Shown here in pieces: positions 10,975 to 22,655 of a DNA stretch of 64,000 nucleotides (position 1 is its first letter; each line of letters starts with the position of its first letter). Origin of the DNA: Podarcis erhardii. Lineage: Eukaryota. A model generated the notes under the pieces. The model did not search any database and had not been told where the DNA came from. It saw only the letters and a list, made by a program, of their open reading frames with translations. The translations under genes were made by a program, and so were the position numbers. The stretch lies in assembly GCA_964252035.1 (NCBI GenBank), contig OZ176206.1. One strand, written 5' to 3'.

Positions 10975-11215
10975 AGAAGAGCCTTGATAGGCCAGAGGAA
11001 CTGACTAATCCAGCATCCTGTTCTCCGGCTGGCCAGCAAGATGGGAAGCCTGGACCTGAATGCAGTGATGGAGGCAGAGCATAGCCGTTGTGGCTAATTG
11101 CCATTGATAGTCTTCTCCTCTGTGAATTTGTCTAATCTTTTTAAAGCCATCTAGGTTGGTGACTATTCCTGCATCTTGTGATAGGTGCTCTTCCATGCAG
11201 CTACAGCCCTTCCCA
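10975..11215 (-). mobile_element. CR1 LINE 3' end fragment
   Basis: Minus-strand translation SQDAGIVTNLDGFKK resembles the CR1 ORF2 C-terminus, followed by a CR1-type 3' tail. Confidence 0.65.
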
Positions 11216-13721
11216 TAAGTTGAATCAATGTGAGCTGAAGGAGAAGGGACTGTGTGCATTTTAAAAGGAAGTTCTGGAAGAGAAAGGGCAGCAAGAGGAG
11301 CGGGAGGCAGCTGGGAAGAGAATGAGGTGCTAGACCAATCAAACAGGAATGATATGGTCAGGTGGGGGGGGGAGGGGAAGGCGCTGGAATGACAGTTGAT
11401 GTTTCTCCAGGACAGCATCAAACCTTCAGGTGTTTATTGACTCACATAACTCCTTTGTGTTCATTAAATAAAAAAATAGTAAATCCAGCCCTCTATAAAG
11501 AATTTTGAAGATCACAGTGAAAATTTTGCGCACAGTGAGCCAGTGAGGCAGAAGGGATTGGGATGCAGGTTTAGTAAACTCATCCTTTGCTCTGTCCCTA
11601 CAAAAGGAAGTTGCAGCATAAAGTATATCCTCCTTAATTTCCATCTGCCAGCTTGGCTTTGGGCCTCTGCTGTTTAGCAACCATCCAGGGCAAGCAGTCC
11701 TATGTCATCTGCCACTGTGGCTGCTGTTGATGGTTCCTTGGAGTTTGCCCAGCTCTGTGTGAAGCAGGCCACTGTTCTTCCCATTCCACAGGGAGGGAAC
11801 CAAGTGACATGAAAGAGCAACATGCCGTGCGCTCTATCATGGTATATTATCAGAACTCCCAGAAACACACAGGGCTTGTCGTCACTGAGATCAGTTTACA
11901 TGTGCAGCTGGGAGTCAACAAGCTGAGAATCAGGCAGTCCAAAACATATCTAAACTGGTCCTTAGTGGGCCAAGGGTCTCTTTCCAGGGATGCTTTAGCT
12001 AGACAGTGAGCAGTTTGGATGAGATTGCCTTCCTGAGCCTTGAATAGGCAGTGCAAATTCCAACATGGAAGCATCTTTTGTGTAGGAATTTGTGTTCATA
12101 TGAATCTCTCTTGATTCCAGCCATTGGATTCTTCCCTACCTGTGATCATATGTATTCCTGGGAGTTGCAGAGGTTTGGCGTTTCACGTGCCCACATGGCT
12201 AAATGGCCTCTTCTGCTGTAGTGTTCCCAAGTGAAGGAGCTACCTGCCTTCCCCTTTTTCTTAATTCCTCCTCTGCTACCATTTCCCCTTCACAGGAGCC
12301 TCCCTTTCCTGGGAAGGAGAAATGGCAGCTCTTTGTCAGAGTCTTGTCTGTCATCAGGTACTTTTCAGAAGATCCAGGGCTCCCTGATAGGAACAGCCTT
12401 CTCCTGATTTTATCTCGCACCTTCTTCGCTCCCTTTATTTCTAAACCTTGCTTTGCCTTATGGAGCTTTTTTTTTCTCACAAGGTTGTGGGAAGATCTTG
12501 GAGATTGAGCAATTGCATTCGTCTTTCTTTTGTCTTTTTGAGTGATAATGCAGCAAACTTTCCGTATGTTTGTGATACCTTGTGCATGTGGAAGGCAGTG
12601 TATAGGAAGCAGTTGTGCAGCTGGTGTGAACATGCTGTGGAATGTGGTGCTCTCTCCAGTGGTGTTGAGAGAGGAAGGTGGATAAGTTTTTCTCCAAGAG
12701 AGAGAGTGAATTATGCCTGTCAAGCTTACAGAGGAGTGTGGGTGTGTAGCTAATCTGGCTTTTCTGGTGCAGGAGGTGGTGGTGGAGAGAGATGTAGCTG
12801 CTGGCCACTTTGCCTTCTAGGGCCACATGTTGTGTTTCAGTACAGCCTCATTTGTTGCCATGACTTTTCCTCCCAGCTCTAAATGCAACAGAGCTAACAC
12901 TCTTCTTGTCTATCAGGTTGGCTGGCTGGTTTTTACAGAGATACCCTTTATAGCTCAGCTGCACACAGTATTTTCTTTCTTTTTGCTTGTGTTTAAAACC
13001 TTTTTCCAGAAGTGAAACAAATCTCCAGATTCCTCTCTGCAAATACCTTTATATCCTCAGCTCAAGATACTGATAGCCAATTAGTAAGCTAGTCCATTCT
13101 CATTAACTTGCTATGTCTGCAAGCTTCATTCATGGGTTGGTGTGATCTGTAAATGAAGTCTGGCATTCATATGTAGGAGATGCTCTCAGCCACAGCTGGA
13201 GACAGAATGAAATGGTTAGCCAGTAGCCTCCAGGGATTGCCCTAAGGCAGCCTTCATCAACTGGGTGTGCTCCAGATATTTTGTACTGCAACTCGCATCA
13301 GCTCAGCCAGCACTGCCAATATTCAGGAATGATGGGAATTGTTGTCAAAAAGTCTTGGGGGTACAAGGCAGGCCGAGGGTGCCCGAAAGTACTGAGCAGC
13401 TTCTTGCCAGTCTGGTGTTAGATTTAGATCAATGTTGTGTGCTGACAGAGACCTGGATTCAAATCCCTCGATAGCCTTGATGTTCACTGACAGCCAGTCA
13501 TCTTGACCTTGGGACATTAAGAATCTCCACTAATGCATCATCTATTTGTTGTTAGGATAAAATTGGAGTGGGGCTAACCATGTACAGTATGCTGCCCTGA
13601 GTTCCCGGCCTGATAAAACTATAGCAAATAAAAAGGCTAAGTAAGACAACTGATGATTTGTGATGGAGGTTGACATCCTTTGTCTCTCCCTCCCCCATCT
13701 CCCGCTTCCATGTTTCCTCAG

Positions 13722-13883
13722 ACATTCCAGAAGGAGCAAGTTGACCCCCTTCAGGCAAAACTGCAGCAAGTCAATGGGCTCGGACAGGGACTCATCCAGA
13801 GTGCGGGAAAGAATTGTGACGTCCAGGGCTTGGAACATGACATGGAGGACATCAACACCCGCTGGAACACCCTCAACAAGAAG
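13722..13883 (+). CDS. MACF1: MACF1 exon, spectrin repeat ([10 protein letters not shown]...WNTLNKK)
   Basis: ctcag acceptor, AAG|GTGAG donor; 162 nt, phase 0-0. Confidence 0.95.
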
Positions 13884-13983
13884 GTGAGCTGCACTTGGTG
13901 GCTCCTCGGCATTACTAACAACGTCCTTCTGCTGGGAGGGGCAGTGGGATACAGCCTGCAGGCACACAAGGTGACCACCTTGC

Positions 13984-14095
13984 AGAACTAACCAGGCCTG
14001 AACATGGTTGATGCCTGGATGGGAGATGCCTTGGGAACCCCAGGTATGCCACTTTGGGTTCCACGATGGAAGAAAGGTGGGATTTAAAATGCACT
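13984..14095 (+). mobile_element. 5S rRNA-derived SINE-like fragment
   Basis: gaactaaccaggcctgaacatggttgatgcctggatgggagatgccttgggaacc aligns by eye to the 5S box A to box C region, followed by a LINE-like tail (gaaaggtgggatttaaaat). Confidence 0.55.
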
Positions 14096-14226
14096 TCAAC
14101 TATTTATATTGCATGGGAGCTGTTAGGATGCAGGAGGAAGGTGCCTGCCCATGAGCAGAGTGAAGATCATTGTCAGTGAACACCAGGCCACCTAGTGCTA
14201 GGCATGGAGAATGGATGTGGGCCTTT

Positions 14227-14228
<2 letters not shown>

Positions 14229-14270
<42 letters not shown>
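14229..14270 (+). repeat. (AC)n microsatellite
   Basis: Uninterrupted AC run. Confidence 0.95.
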
Positions 14271-14272
<2 letters not shown>

Positions 14273-14503
14273 TCTTCAAGTACTTTTCTATTCCTGCGTA
14301 TAAAAGAAGGTAAAAGGGGCACTCTTAGGGAAGTGGCTGGGGGTGGGAGATAATTGTGTCCCCCAGTGGATCTGTCCACCATTGTGAGTTGTGTTTGCTT
14401 CTCTCTGTATAGATTCATTCTGGATTCTGTTGCTTTGTCATCCTAGAGAGTGACCAATTATTGGGAAATCGATTTTTACATAAATGTTATTAGTCACTTT
14501 AAA

Positions 14504-14964
14504 ATTATTATTATTATTATTATTATTATTATTTATTAATAATACCCTCCCCTCCCCTGCCAAGGCCGGGCTCAGGGCAGCTAACAACCAATAACAAAAA
14601 ACAAGTTGAATGAATACAACTTGAAAACAAGATTAAAATACAACATTAAAACATTAAAATGCAGCCTCATCGCAGGAGGAGAAAGGGAAAAAGAAAGAGG
14701 GGGAGGGAATCAAACTGACTCCAAGCCAAAGTCCAGGCGGAACAACTCTGTCTTACAGGCCCTGTGGAAAGAAATCAGATCCTGCAGGGCCCTGGTCTCA
14801 CTGGCTGGAGCCAGTGTTGAAAAAGCCCTGGCTCTGGTTGAGGCTAATCTAACTTCCTTAGGGCCCGGGACCTCTAGGGTGTTGCTATTTATGGACCTTA
14901 AGGTCCTCCGTGGGGCATACTGGGAGAGGCGGTCCCGTAGGTACGAGGGTCCTAGGCTGTGAAG
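14504..14964 (-). mobile_element. L2-clade LINE 3' end, 5'-truncated
   Basis: (AAT)n tail; minus strand reads LGPSYLRDRLSQYAPRRTLRS...RAFSTLAP...KTELFR, typical of the L2 ORF2 C-terminus. Confidence 0.8.
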
Positions 14965-15106
14965 AACTCAAGAGAAGTAATGTTCTACTTTGCACAGTGA
15001 CTGTGAAAATGAAGCGAATCTGAGAAGCACTCTTTCCAAATGGTTGACCAGTAAATGCTTCTGTAGCAATATATATGTGTGACTGTTATGTTCTGGCAAA
15101 ATGTAG

Positions 15107-15277
15107 GTGGCGCAGAGGATTGCACAGCTGCAGGAAGCCCTGTTGCATTGTGGAAAGTTCCAGGATGCCTTGGAGCCTTTGCTGAGCTGGTTGGCCGACA
15201 CAGAGGAGCTCATCTCCAACCAGAAGCCGCCATCTGCTGAATATAAAGTAGTGAAGGCTCAGATTCAGGAGCAAAAG
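15107..15277 (+). CDS. MACF1: MACF1 exon, spectrin repeat (VAQRIAQL...AQIQEQK)
   Basis: gtag acceptor, AAG|GTGAG; 171 nt, phase 0-0. Confidence 0.95.
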
Positions 15278-15798
15278 GTGAGGAGTTGGAAGCCAGGGGA
15301 CCTTGAACTCACAGAGCACAGCTGGCTGGCAGGACCCTCCATGGCCTCTCTCTGCTCTGGGCACTCAGCTCCACCAGCGGCCCCAGGTATCCCCAGTTGA
15401 CAGGAAAGGTTTCACTTGCTTTCCTTTTGGCAGACGGCTTCTATCTACCAACTGTGCCATGTCAAATAAGCAGGAGAAGGAAGGAAAGAGGTTGGTAGCT
15501 GGTGAGCTTTGCAGAACAGAGAGGGGACAATATAGGGGGCAGACACCCAACCTTTAGTGTGGAGACAGCCCCCACTAGGAATGGCATAAAAGGCAGCCTT
15601 TGTTGGGTGAGGTCTGGGAACTTGAAGTTGATGGTGGTGAGTGAAAGGGGAGAAAGAGGGCACAGTTAAAAGAGTGGTAGGAGGGAAATGTGAGTTTAGC
15701 AGAGGGGGAGCTCTGGGGACTGTTGGCCTTACTGAAAGCAGAAGGGTAATTCTTTCCTTAGCAGAATAATTATCACTTTCTAATACTTTATTCCAAAG

Positions 15799-15965
15799 CT
15801 GCTCCAGCGTCTCCTGGATGACCGGAAAGCTACTGTCGAGATGATCCAAGCAGAGGGTGGGAGAATAGCTCAGTCTGCTGAACCAGCAGACAGGGAGAAG
15901 ATAGTTGCCCAACTGGAGAGCCTTGGAAGCCACTGGGCAGGACTTCTCAACAAAGCTACAGCCAG
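15799..15965 (+). CDS. MACF1: MACF1 exon, spectrin repeat ([10 protein letters not shown]...KATA)
   Basis: ccaaag acceptor, AG|GTAAG; 167 nt, phase 0-2. Confidence 0.93.
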
Positions 15966-16086
15966 GTAAGCTACAAGGCCTGTAGGATGCAAGCTTGTCT
16001 GTTGTAATTTAGCACTGAAGCAGGAGAAAGTGACCTTTGCTTTGCGCTCTCCTCTCCCAGCGAAGTATACTTTGATGTTCTTTTGG

Positions 16087-16273
16087 TAAGCTGCCTTATA
16101 CTGAGTCGGACCATTGGTCCATCTAGCTCAGTACAGGCTACTCTGATTGGCAGCAGCTCTCCAGGGTTTCAGGCAGGGAGCCTTTCCCAGCCCTGCCTGG
16201 AGATGCTGCTGGGGGCTGCACCCCTGGGACCTTCTGCATGCACAGCAGATACTCTGCCATTGAGCTGTGGCCC
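16087..16273 (-). mobile_element. tRNA-Ala-derived SINE (family B)
   Basis: Reverse strand gggccacagctcaatggcagagtatctgctgtgcatgcagaaggtcccagg resembles tRNA-Ala(TGC); body and tail shared with the 55895 copy. Confidence 0.8.
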
Positions 16274-17519
16274 TTTGCTCTGGTAACCCTGCTGTTTCAT
16301 AACACGAGTTATTTTATGAACTGTGACTGCCTGTGCATTGCACACAATAACTTTGCAAAACAAGATGTTGTCTCATGCCTGTGCTCTGAATGAAATCACT
16401 CTGAACTTCTGAGCCATATGGCTTCTGAATGTGGTTAGCAGGACTGAAGAATACAAACTGTGTCCACAGGATGGGATGCACTACTTGCAGGAGAGTCTCT
16501 TGCTTGTAAAACTCACACACACAAAAACCCTATTGATCCTGTGAGTCCCAGAGCACCATGAGCAGCACGTGTGGAACACGCTTCTGTGCCACAGTATTTC
16601 TTTCGTCTTTAAAATATTTATCATCTGCCCTTCACTTGAAGATGCCAAGATAGAAATATGTGCAGTATAAACCAAAATCAAACTGTAAGATTAAATCGGC
16701 ATAAAACAAAAATACAGAATTCAGATACCAATTAAACCAGCAGTGGTAGCAGATAACCTTTGGCCATCCAGGGCCAGTCCAGGATGTTTTAATGTCTGTG
16801 GAGGGGAGTCCTCAAGACCTCCCTTGCAGATGTAAGGAAAAGTGGGAGGTCCCCTTTCAATGAATGGTAGCTGTGAAAGAACAGATAACAGCTGTGGTTC
16901 ATTTCAGAGGAGGCAGTCAGTGCAGGAGAACTTTATGTTAGTGGATTTTGACCTGTGCATCAGCTCTGTGTTACTCTCTGCTGCCCTTTAGCTTACCCCC
17001 AAGCTGCTACCTCACCCTCCTTCTTTCAAGTACTTGGGGTTGGGATGGAGTGTTTCTTCCAAACCCAGTTTATATTGGCACACCTGTGGGCTCATCATTA
17101 CGCATGACTGCATGCATACAGCCTTCCCACATATGTGAAGCAACCCACAGACAAATAAAAGGGCTAAGGAACCATGTTCTGGGTATAGAGAGCTACAGGT
17201 TCCCTCCCTCTGTCCCTTGAAGTTTCTGTTTTGCTTTGGGGAGGGGGCTGTGTGTGTGTGCGAGAGAGAAGCTTTTCTGCACAGCTCTGGAATTAAATGG
17301 AAGTGTAAAATCCAGGGAAAGGGTTATCATTAATATTTTTTAAACCTGGCAGTTGCATTCCAGCAACTCCACAGAGAGTCAAGTGCAACATCTGTGAAAA
17401 TGGCCTCTATCAGCAATTTCTTCAAGCTGTGTGTCTCTTCCCCCACCTCCTGGCTTTCCCACATTTCCTAGATAGGTTTCATTCACATGGAGAAGGGGGA
17501 ACCCCACTCCTCTTCAGCC

Positions 17520-18250
17520 CCACCATGTCTAAACATGAAATTTCAGACCATCAGATCTTTTGCATGGGGCTACAAAAATTACTGATATTTTCACTGAACC
17601 CACAATTCCCTTCTTGGTCAATCATCACCACTTTAGGCCCCATCAGTGTATATATCATTAAGGTTTTGGGGTTGTTTTTGTTTTTGTTTTTGTTGTTGTT
17701 TTGCTTTGCTTTGCTTTGCTTCATGCATCTATCACTTTATTCATATATTCATTGAACTGCATTTCTCATTTTGTTACCCCCTGCCCTGTTTTGGAGACAT
17801 CCTTTTGGAGCTCTTCACAGCCCGCTTGGTTGTTCATCATACTGAATACTTTGGTGTCATCCACAAACTTTGTCAGCTCCCTTCTCACTCCTGTCTCCAG
17901 ATCATTCCTGAACAAGTTCAGGGGCACCATCAGCTCCAGTGCACAGATCCTTCAGGAACTTTACTGCATGCTTCCTTCCTTCCATTGTGAGAACTGTCTG
18001 TTTATTCCCACACTCTGTTTCCTGTTCTTTAACCAACTGCTGATCCTTAAGAGGATCTGTCCTTTCACCCTGTGACTGCTGAGTTTATTCAGAAGTGTTT
18101 GGGGAGAGAGACCTTGTTAAAAACTTTTAGGGAGCTCAACTATGCAGTGTCTGCCAGACTACATGTTTCAGCAATCTTATTGGCACTCTCGAACTCCGAA
18201 AGGTTGATGAAGCAGGCTCTTGATACATTAATCCTGTCTTCAAAAAAGGG
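17520..18250 (-). mobile_element. CR1 LINE reverse-transcriptase fragment, decayed
   Basis: Minus strand encodes LLNKLSSHRVKGQILLRISSWLKNRKQSVGIN and FVDDTKVF...CEELQKD, matching CR1 RT (catalytic FADD-type motif), with frameshifts. Confidence 0.85.
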
Positions 18251-18285
18251 GGGTGAAGTTAATGACCCTAGAGGCTCTTGCCCAT

Positions 18286-18372
18286 CCTTTGCCAAGATGA
18301 TGCCCTCCAGATGTTGGCCTACTACTCCCATCAGCCCCAGCCAACATCTGGAGGGCATCACCTTGGCGAAGG
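18286..18372. repeat. Near-perfect inverted repeat, 33-bp arms, 21-nt loop (fold-back family)
   Basis: Arms 18286-18318 and 18340-18372 differ from perfect complementarity at 2 positions. Confidence 0.92.
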
Positions 18373-18588
18373 CTGTTCCAGCCAGTCCTGGAAGTCTCTT
18401 AAAATGCTTTCTAGCAGAATCCCTGGTGAAAAAGCTGAACCTGGTTATCTGCTCAACTTTCTCAGGATAAATACTCTGGGTGCTCATTTCATTCTTTGTT
18501 ATTGCAGGAATGGCAAAGTAGCCTCATCTTCTGCCTCGCTCCCCCCCCCCCCATTGTTGCTGATGGATTTGTTTTTTTCTTGCCACAG

Positions 18589-18748
18589 GCAAAACCAGCT
18601 GGAGGAGATCCTGGTTTTGGCCAAGCAGTTCCACGAGACATCAGAGCCCATCTCTGACTGGCTGTCGGTGACTGAGAAGAAACTGGCCAACTCGGAGCCC
18701 ATTGGGACTCAGACGGCCAAAATCCAGCAGCAGATAAGCCGGCATAAG
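18589..18748 (+). CDS. MACF1: MACF1 exon, spectrin repeat (QNQLEEIL...ISRHK)
   Basis: acag acceptor, AAG|GTGGG; 160 nt, phase 2-0. Confidence 0.95.
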
Positions 18749-19852
18749 GTGGGCAAAGGGTTGCCAAGGAATTGTGAAATGTGGGGGTGACGGGGGAGCA
18801 CTGTGCAGTAGGCACTTCAGTAAGAATAGCGGCTGCTGTGGAACCTGGGTACCTGAATAAGATTTGGGGGTGGGGGTGGGGGTGGGGGAGGTTGGAAACA
18901 TGCATGTCATAACGGAACAATCCTTAAGCCAAGTTGAGTTGGTTGGAATTCAGAATGAAGAGTCTCATGGTTTGTATCCAAGCAAAATGTTGAGCCTCAG
19001 AACATGCAGGACAAGACTGCCAATGACTACTACCCGTGATGACTTATGTTCTGCTTTCACTGTCAGACATAGTATACCTCTGAATAGCAGGTGTGGGAAT
19101 CAGAGACAGGTAGAACGCTGATACACTTGGGTCCTGCCTGCAGGCTTCCTACAGGCATTCATTTGGCCAGAATAAGAGCAGGATACTGGGCTATTGGACT
19201 GATCCGGCAGCAGGGTTGTTCTTAGGTTTTTAACTTTAGTAGTTCCTAGCATATTGCCCATATCACTAAATCCTAGAATCCTGCACTTGGTGCAATCCTA
19301 GATGGGTCTGCTTGGAATAAGGTCCATTGGGTTTAGTGGGACATACTCCCAGCTAATTGTGTATAGGATTGCAGCCTTAGCGTGTTTGAACACTTGAGTG
19401 TTGTCACGTCAGCTCAGCCAATCGCAAGAAGGAATCATTGTTGGTGTCAATCAGGGATCTCTGGGTAGGAAGAATCCTGGCTCATTAGAAGGGAATTGTG
19501 TGGGAGATACACCCCACCACACACACCTTTTCCCAAATTCAGTAACTTTTCCTCTTTAAGCTATGAAAATAGCAGCCACAGCTATAACTCCTGTTCATGA
19601 GATTACCTGGCCTCCAGAGAAGAATGAAACAAAACTCCCATCTCTCACTTTTCTTTATTTAAACAATTTATTTCATATATGTTATTGCCCTCGTGGGTGG
19701 ATATTTTTACTTTGAGTTTGCATGATCATCAGACACGCTCATTTCTCAGTTTTGTTTTAGATTTGTTTCCCGTTTATTCCATTTTCAGTCATAAGTTTCT
19801 GTCTGCTTGTTTTGTGTTCCCCCTTCTCTTAAACCATCTCACGGATCTCCAG

Positions 19853-20179
19853 GCCCTCGATGAGGAGATAGAGAGTCATGGCTCAGCTGTGGCTCTGGCA
19901 GTCAACACTGGACAGTCCCTGGCCTCCTTGAGCTGTCAGGCTGAGCAGGCCTCGCTGGCTGAGAAGCTTGACCTGCTTGAGTCCCGGTATGCAGAGGTTT
20001 GCGACCGGTGTGGCCGGAAGGCTGCCCTTCTTGACCAGGCCTTGTCCAACGCCCGGCTCTTTGGGGAGGACGAGGTGGAGGTGCTCAACTGGCTGGCTGA
20101 GGTTGAGGACAAGCTCAGCTCAGTAGCCGTCAAGGATTACAAGCGGGACATCCTGCAGAGGCAGCATGCCGACCACCTG
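19853..20179 (+). CDS. MACF1: MACF1 exon, spectrin repeat (ALDEEIESH...QHADHL)
   Basis: ccag acceptor, CTG|GTACT; 327 nt, phase 0-0. Confidence 0.93.
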
Positions 20180-20209
20180 GTACTGACTCCTTTTCCCATC
20201 TTTCATGAT

Positions 20210-20210
<1 letters not shown>

Positions 20211-20258
<48 letters not shown>
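20211..20258 (+). repeat. (TTA)n microsatellite
   Basis: Tandem TTA run about 30 nt downstream of the exon donor. Confidence 0.93.
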
Positions 20259-20260
<2 letters not shown>

Positions 20261-20926
20261 TTTCCCATCTTCCATGATGTATTCTTATTCTTCTTATCTT
20301 TTCCTTTGTTTCTGTTGCTTTGAGTCTTTTGATTTTGATCTGGGCCATTAATATCTCCCTAGAACACCAGCCCCACCCTTGCTGCTGCCCCATACCACCA
20401 CACAAACCGGCGTTATCGCTGTGCCAAAGGGAAAAAAAGAGAGAGAATGATGACCAACCCTTGTCCCAGTTAAGCCTTTTAGAAGGCTGCCACCCTCTAC
20501 TTAAAGCAGCCCTTCCCAAAGGCGCTCCCCATAGGTTTTCGACTACAGCTTCCATCAGCCCCATGATCCTGGGGTTGATGAGGTTTGTAGTCCAGAACAT
20601 TTGGACTTGGTTAGGAAAGGCTGGTGTAAGTATTCCTCCTAGCTTGATGCAGTGGTGGTCTGCCTAAGACTCTCCCTCCTCTTCTTTTTGGTGGAAGTAG
20701 TGAGCATCATCAATGCCCTGCCTTCCTTAGGCTTCAGGCTGCTTCTGTGTCCCCTCCCAGAGGCTTCCTGTGTGGAAGGGAGCCACAGATGTCTCTTGGG
20801 TGCCACCTTTACTCCGTCTATGTGCTAATGTTGTTGGAGCCCCAGTGGGGGAAACTTTTTTTGGTCAAAGAGGAGCCTCTCCAGGGGAACTCGCCTTTGA
20901 CACAAGGTTTTTCCCCCCCTGCCTAG

Positions 20927-21011
20927 GCCTTGAATGATGAGATTGTGAACCGCAAGAAGAATGTAGACCAGGCCATTAAGAACGGGCAGGCCCTTCTGAA
21001 GCAAACCACAG
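20927..21011 (+). CDS. MACF1: MACF1 exon, spectrin repeat (ALNDEIVNRK...KQTT)
   Basis: ctag acceptor, G|GTAAG; 85 nt, phase 0-1. Confidence 0.95.
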
Positions 21012-21451
21012 GTAAGGCTAGCCAACATGTTGCGCTCCCCACAACCCTTCCTGTCATTCTTCATTGACTCCTCTGTACCAATGGCTGCAGAACATAGTAC
21101 AACTTTCCCCCCAAAAAAGATTCACCCACTTCATTTCTTATTTTCTTATAAAGGGTTGCTTCAGGCAAACAGGAGTGGGGTTGAAAGCAGGGGCTTTAAA
21201 TCCCAAGTATTTGCTGCTTTTTGCTTAAGAAGGCTTGTCATTTTCTAGAACATTAAGTATAGAAATTGTTTTATTGTTTTTAGCTTATTGAGTCTATAAC
21301 ATGTGGGGAGTTAATCTTATTGTATTCTACTTTGGTAGCTTTTGTTTGAGAAGTAGTTTCTAAGCCTACAGATAAAGTGGCAAAACAAAAGAAGTCTCTA
21401 AACCAAATGACTAGAGCTTGCTGCAGCTAAACACTTGGTGGCTCCCTGCAG

Positions 21452-21693
21452 GGGAAGAGGTGCTGCTCATCCAGGAGAAGCTGGACGGCATCAAGACCCG
21501 CTACTCGGATATCACCACAGCCAGCTCAAAGGCTCTCCGCACTCTGGAGCAGGCCCGCCAGCTGGCCACCAAGTTCCAGTCCACGCATGAGGAGCTGACA
21601 GACTGGATGGGTCTGGTGGAAGAGGAGCTGACGTCGGGTGGAGGGCACTCTCCTGTCGGGGAGCAGATCCCTCAGTTCCAGCAGAGGCAGAAG
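21452..21693 (+). CDS. MACF1: MACF1 exon, spectrin repeat (EEVLLIQEK...QQRQK)
   Basis: gcag acceptor, AAG|GTCAG; 242 nt, phase 1-0. Confidence 0.95.
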
Positions 21694-22448
21694 GTCAGGA
21701 GCCATTCCACACTCAGGCAGAATGTTTTCAAAGGAGAGTGGGCTTTGGTAGTAACAGGGAGTGTGCTAAGTAGTTAGTAACTAACGGACCAAAAACTCAC
21801 AAAGATGTGACCAGCTTGTAAGTTCTCTAGGACTTCTCAGCAGGCAAGAAGCCATTGTTACTTTACCAAATGAGCCTCGCTGTGTAACCTGTTGTTTGTA
21901 GTATCAGAGAGGGAACCTTCTCCGTCTGCAATCCTCCTCTTGGAATGTGTCTACAAGTGCTGACTTCATGGCTTGCTAATTGCTCTACTTCCCTGGGTTT
22001 TGGGGGTTTTTTAAAAAAAAAATTGTCCATACTCCCAGCTTTGTGTGATATTCTGAAGAGTTATGGAGAGCTTAGAAGCTTTTAGATTGGTCCTAATAAA
22101 GGCATTTGCAGACTTTGGAGGGTTTTTTAATGGACTGACACAGCTATGTCTGCTTTTTAGTTTAAAGCACCTGCAAGTAAAAGTGGTTGTTATCATACAC
22201 TGGCCTGTGATCCACAGCCAGGAAGATGCCTTGCCCACTTCTGCTGGGATGGGAAATGTTCTTTCCTCTTTCCTTCCACTACAAATGAAATACCTCTGTC
22301 CATCTCAACAAATGGAGGCCTGGATTTCCAACATCAGGGGGCCCTGTGCCGGTCTTTGATCATGAAAAAATACCCTTTGTGTACAACCCAAAGGGCAAGT
22401 GGATTAACAACCACAGACAGCCGGACCTTTTTTCCTTTTCTTTTGCAG

Positions 22449-22655
22449 GAACTGAAGAAGGAGGTGATGGAACACAGGCTTATCCTGGATACTGTGAACG
22501 AAGTCAGCCGTGCCCTCCTGGAGCTGGTGCCCTGGCGTGCCCGCGAAGGGCTGGATAAGTTGGTTTCGGATACTAATGAGCGCTACAAGATGATCAGTGA
22601 CACCATCAAGCAAAGGGTGGAAGAAATAGATGCTGCTATACAGAGGTCCCAGCAG
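22449..22655 (+). CDS. MACF1: MACF1 exon, spectrin repeat (ELKKEVMEH...QRSQQ)
   Basis: ttttgcag acceptor, CAG|GTAGA; 207 nt, phase 0-0. Confidence 0.95.

Noticed and set aside
17646-18487. Plus-strand ORFs of 114-132 aa
   Set aside because: Antisense to a decayed CR1 fragment and across a palindrome; not a gene.
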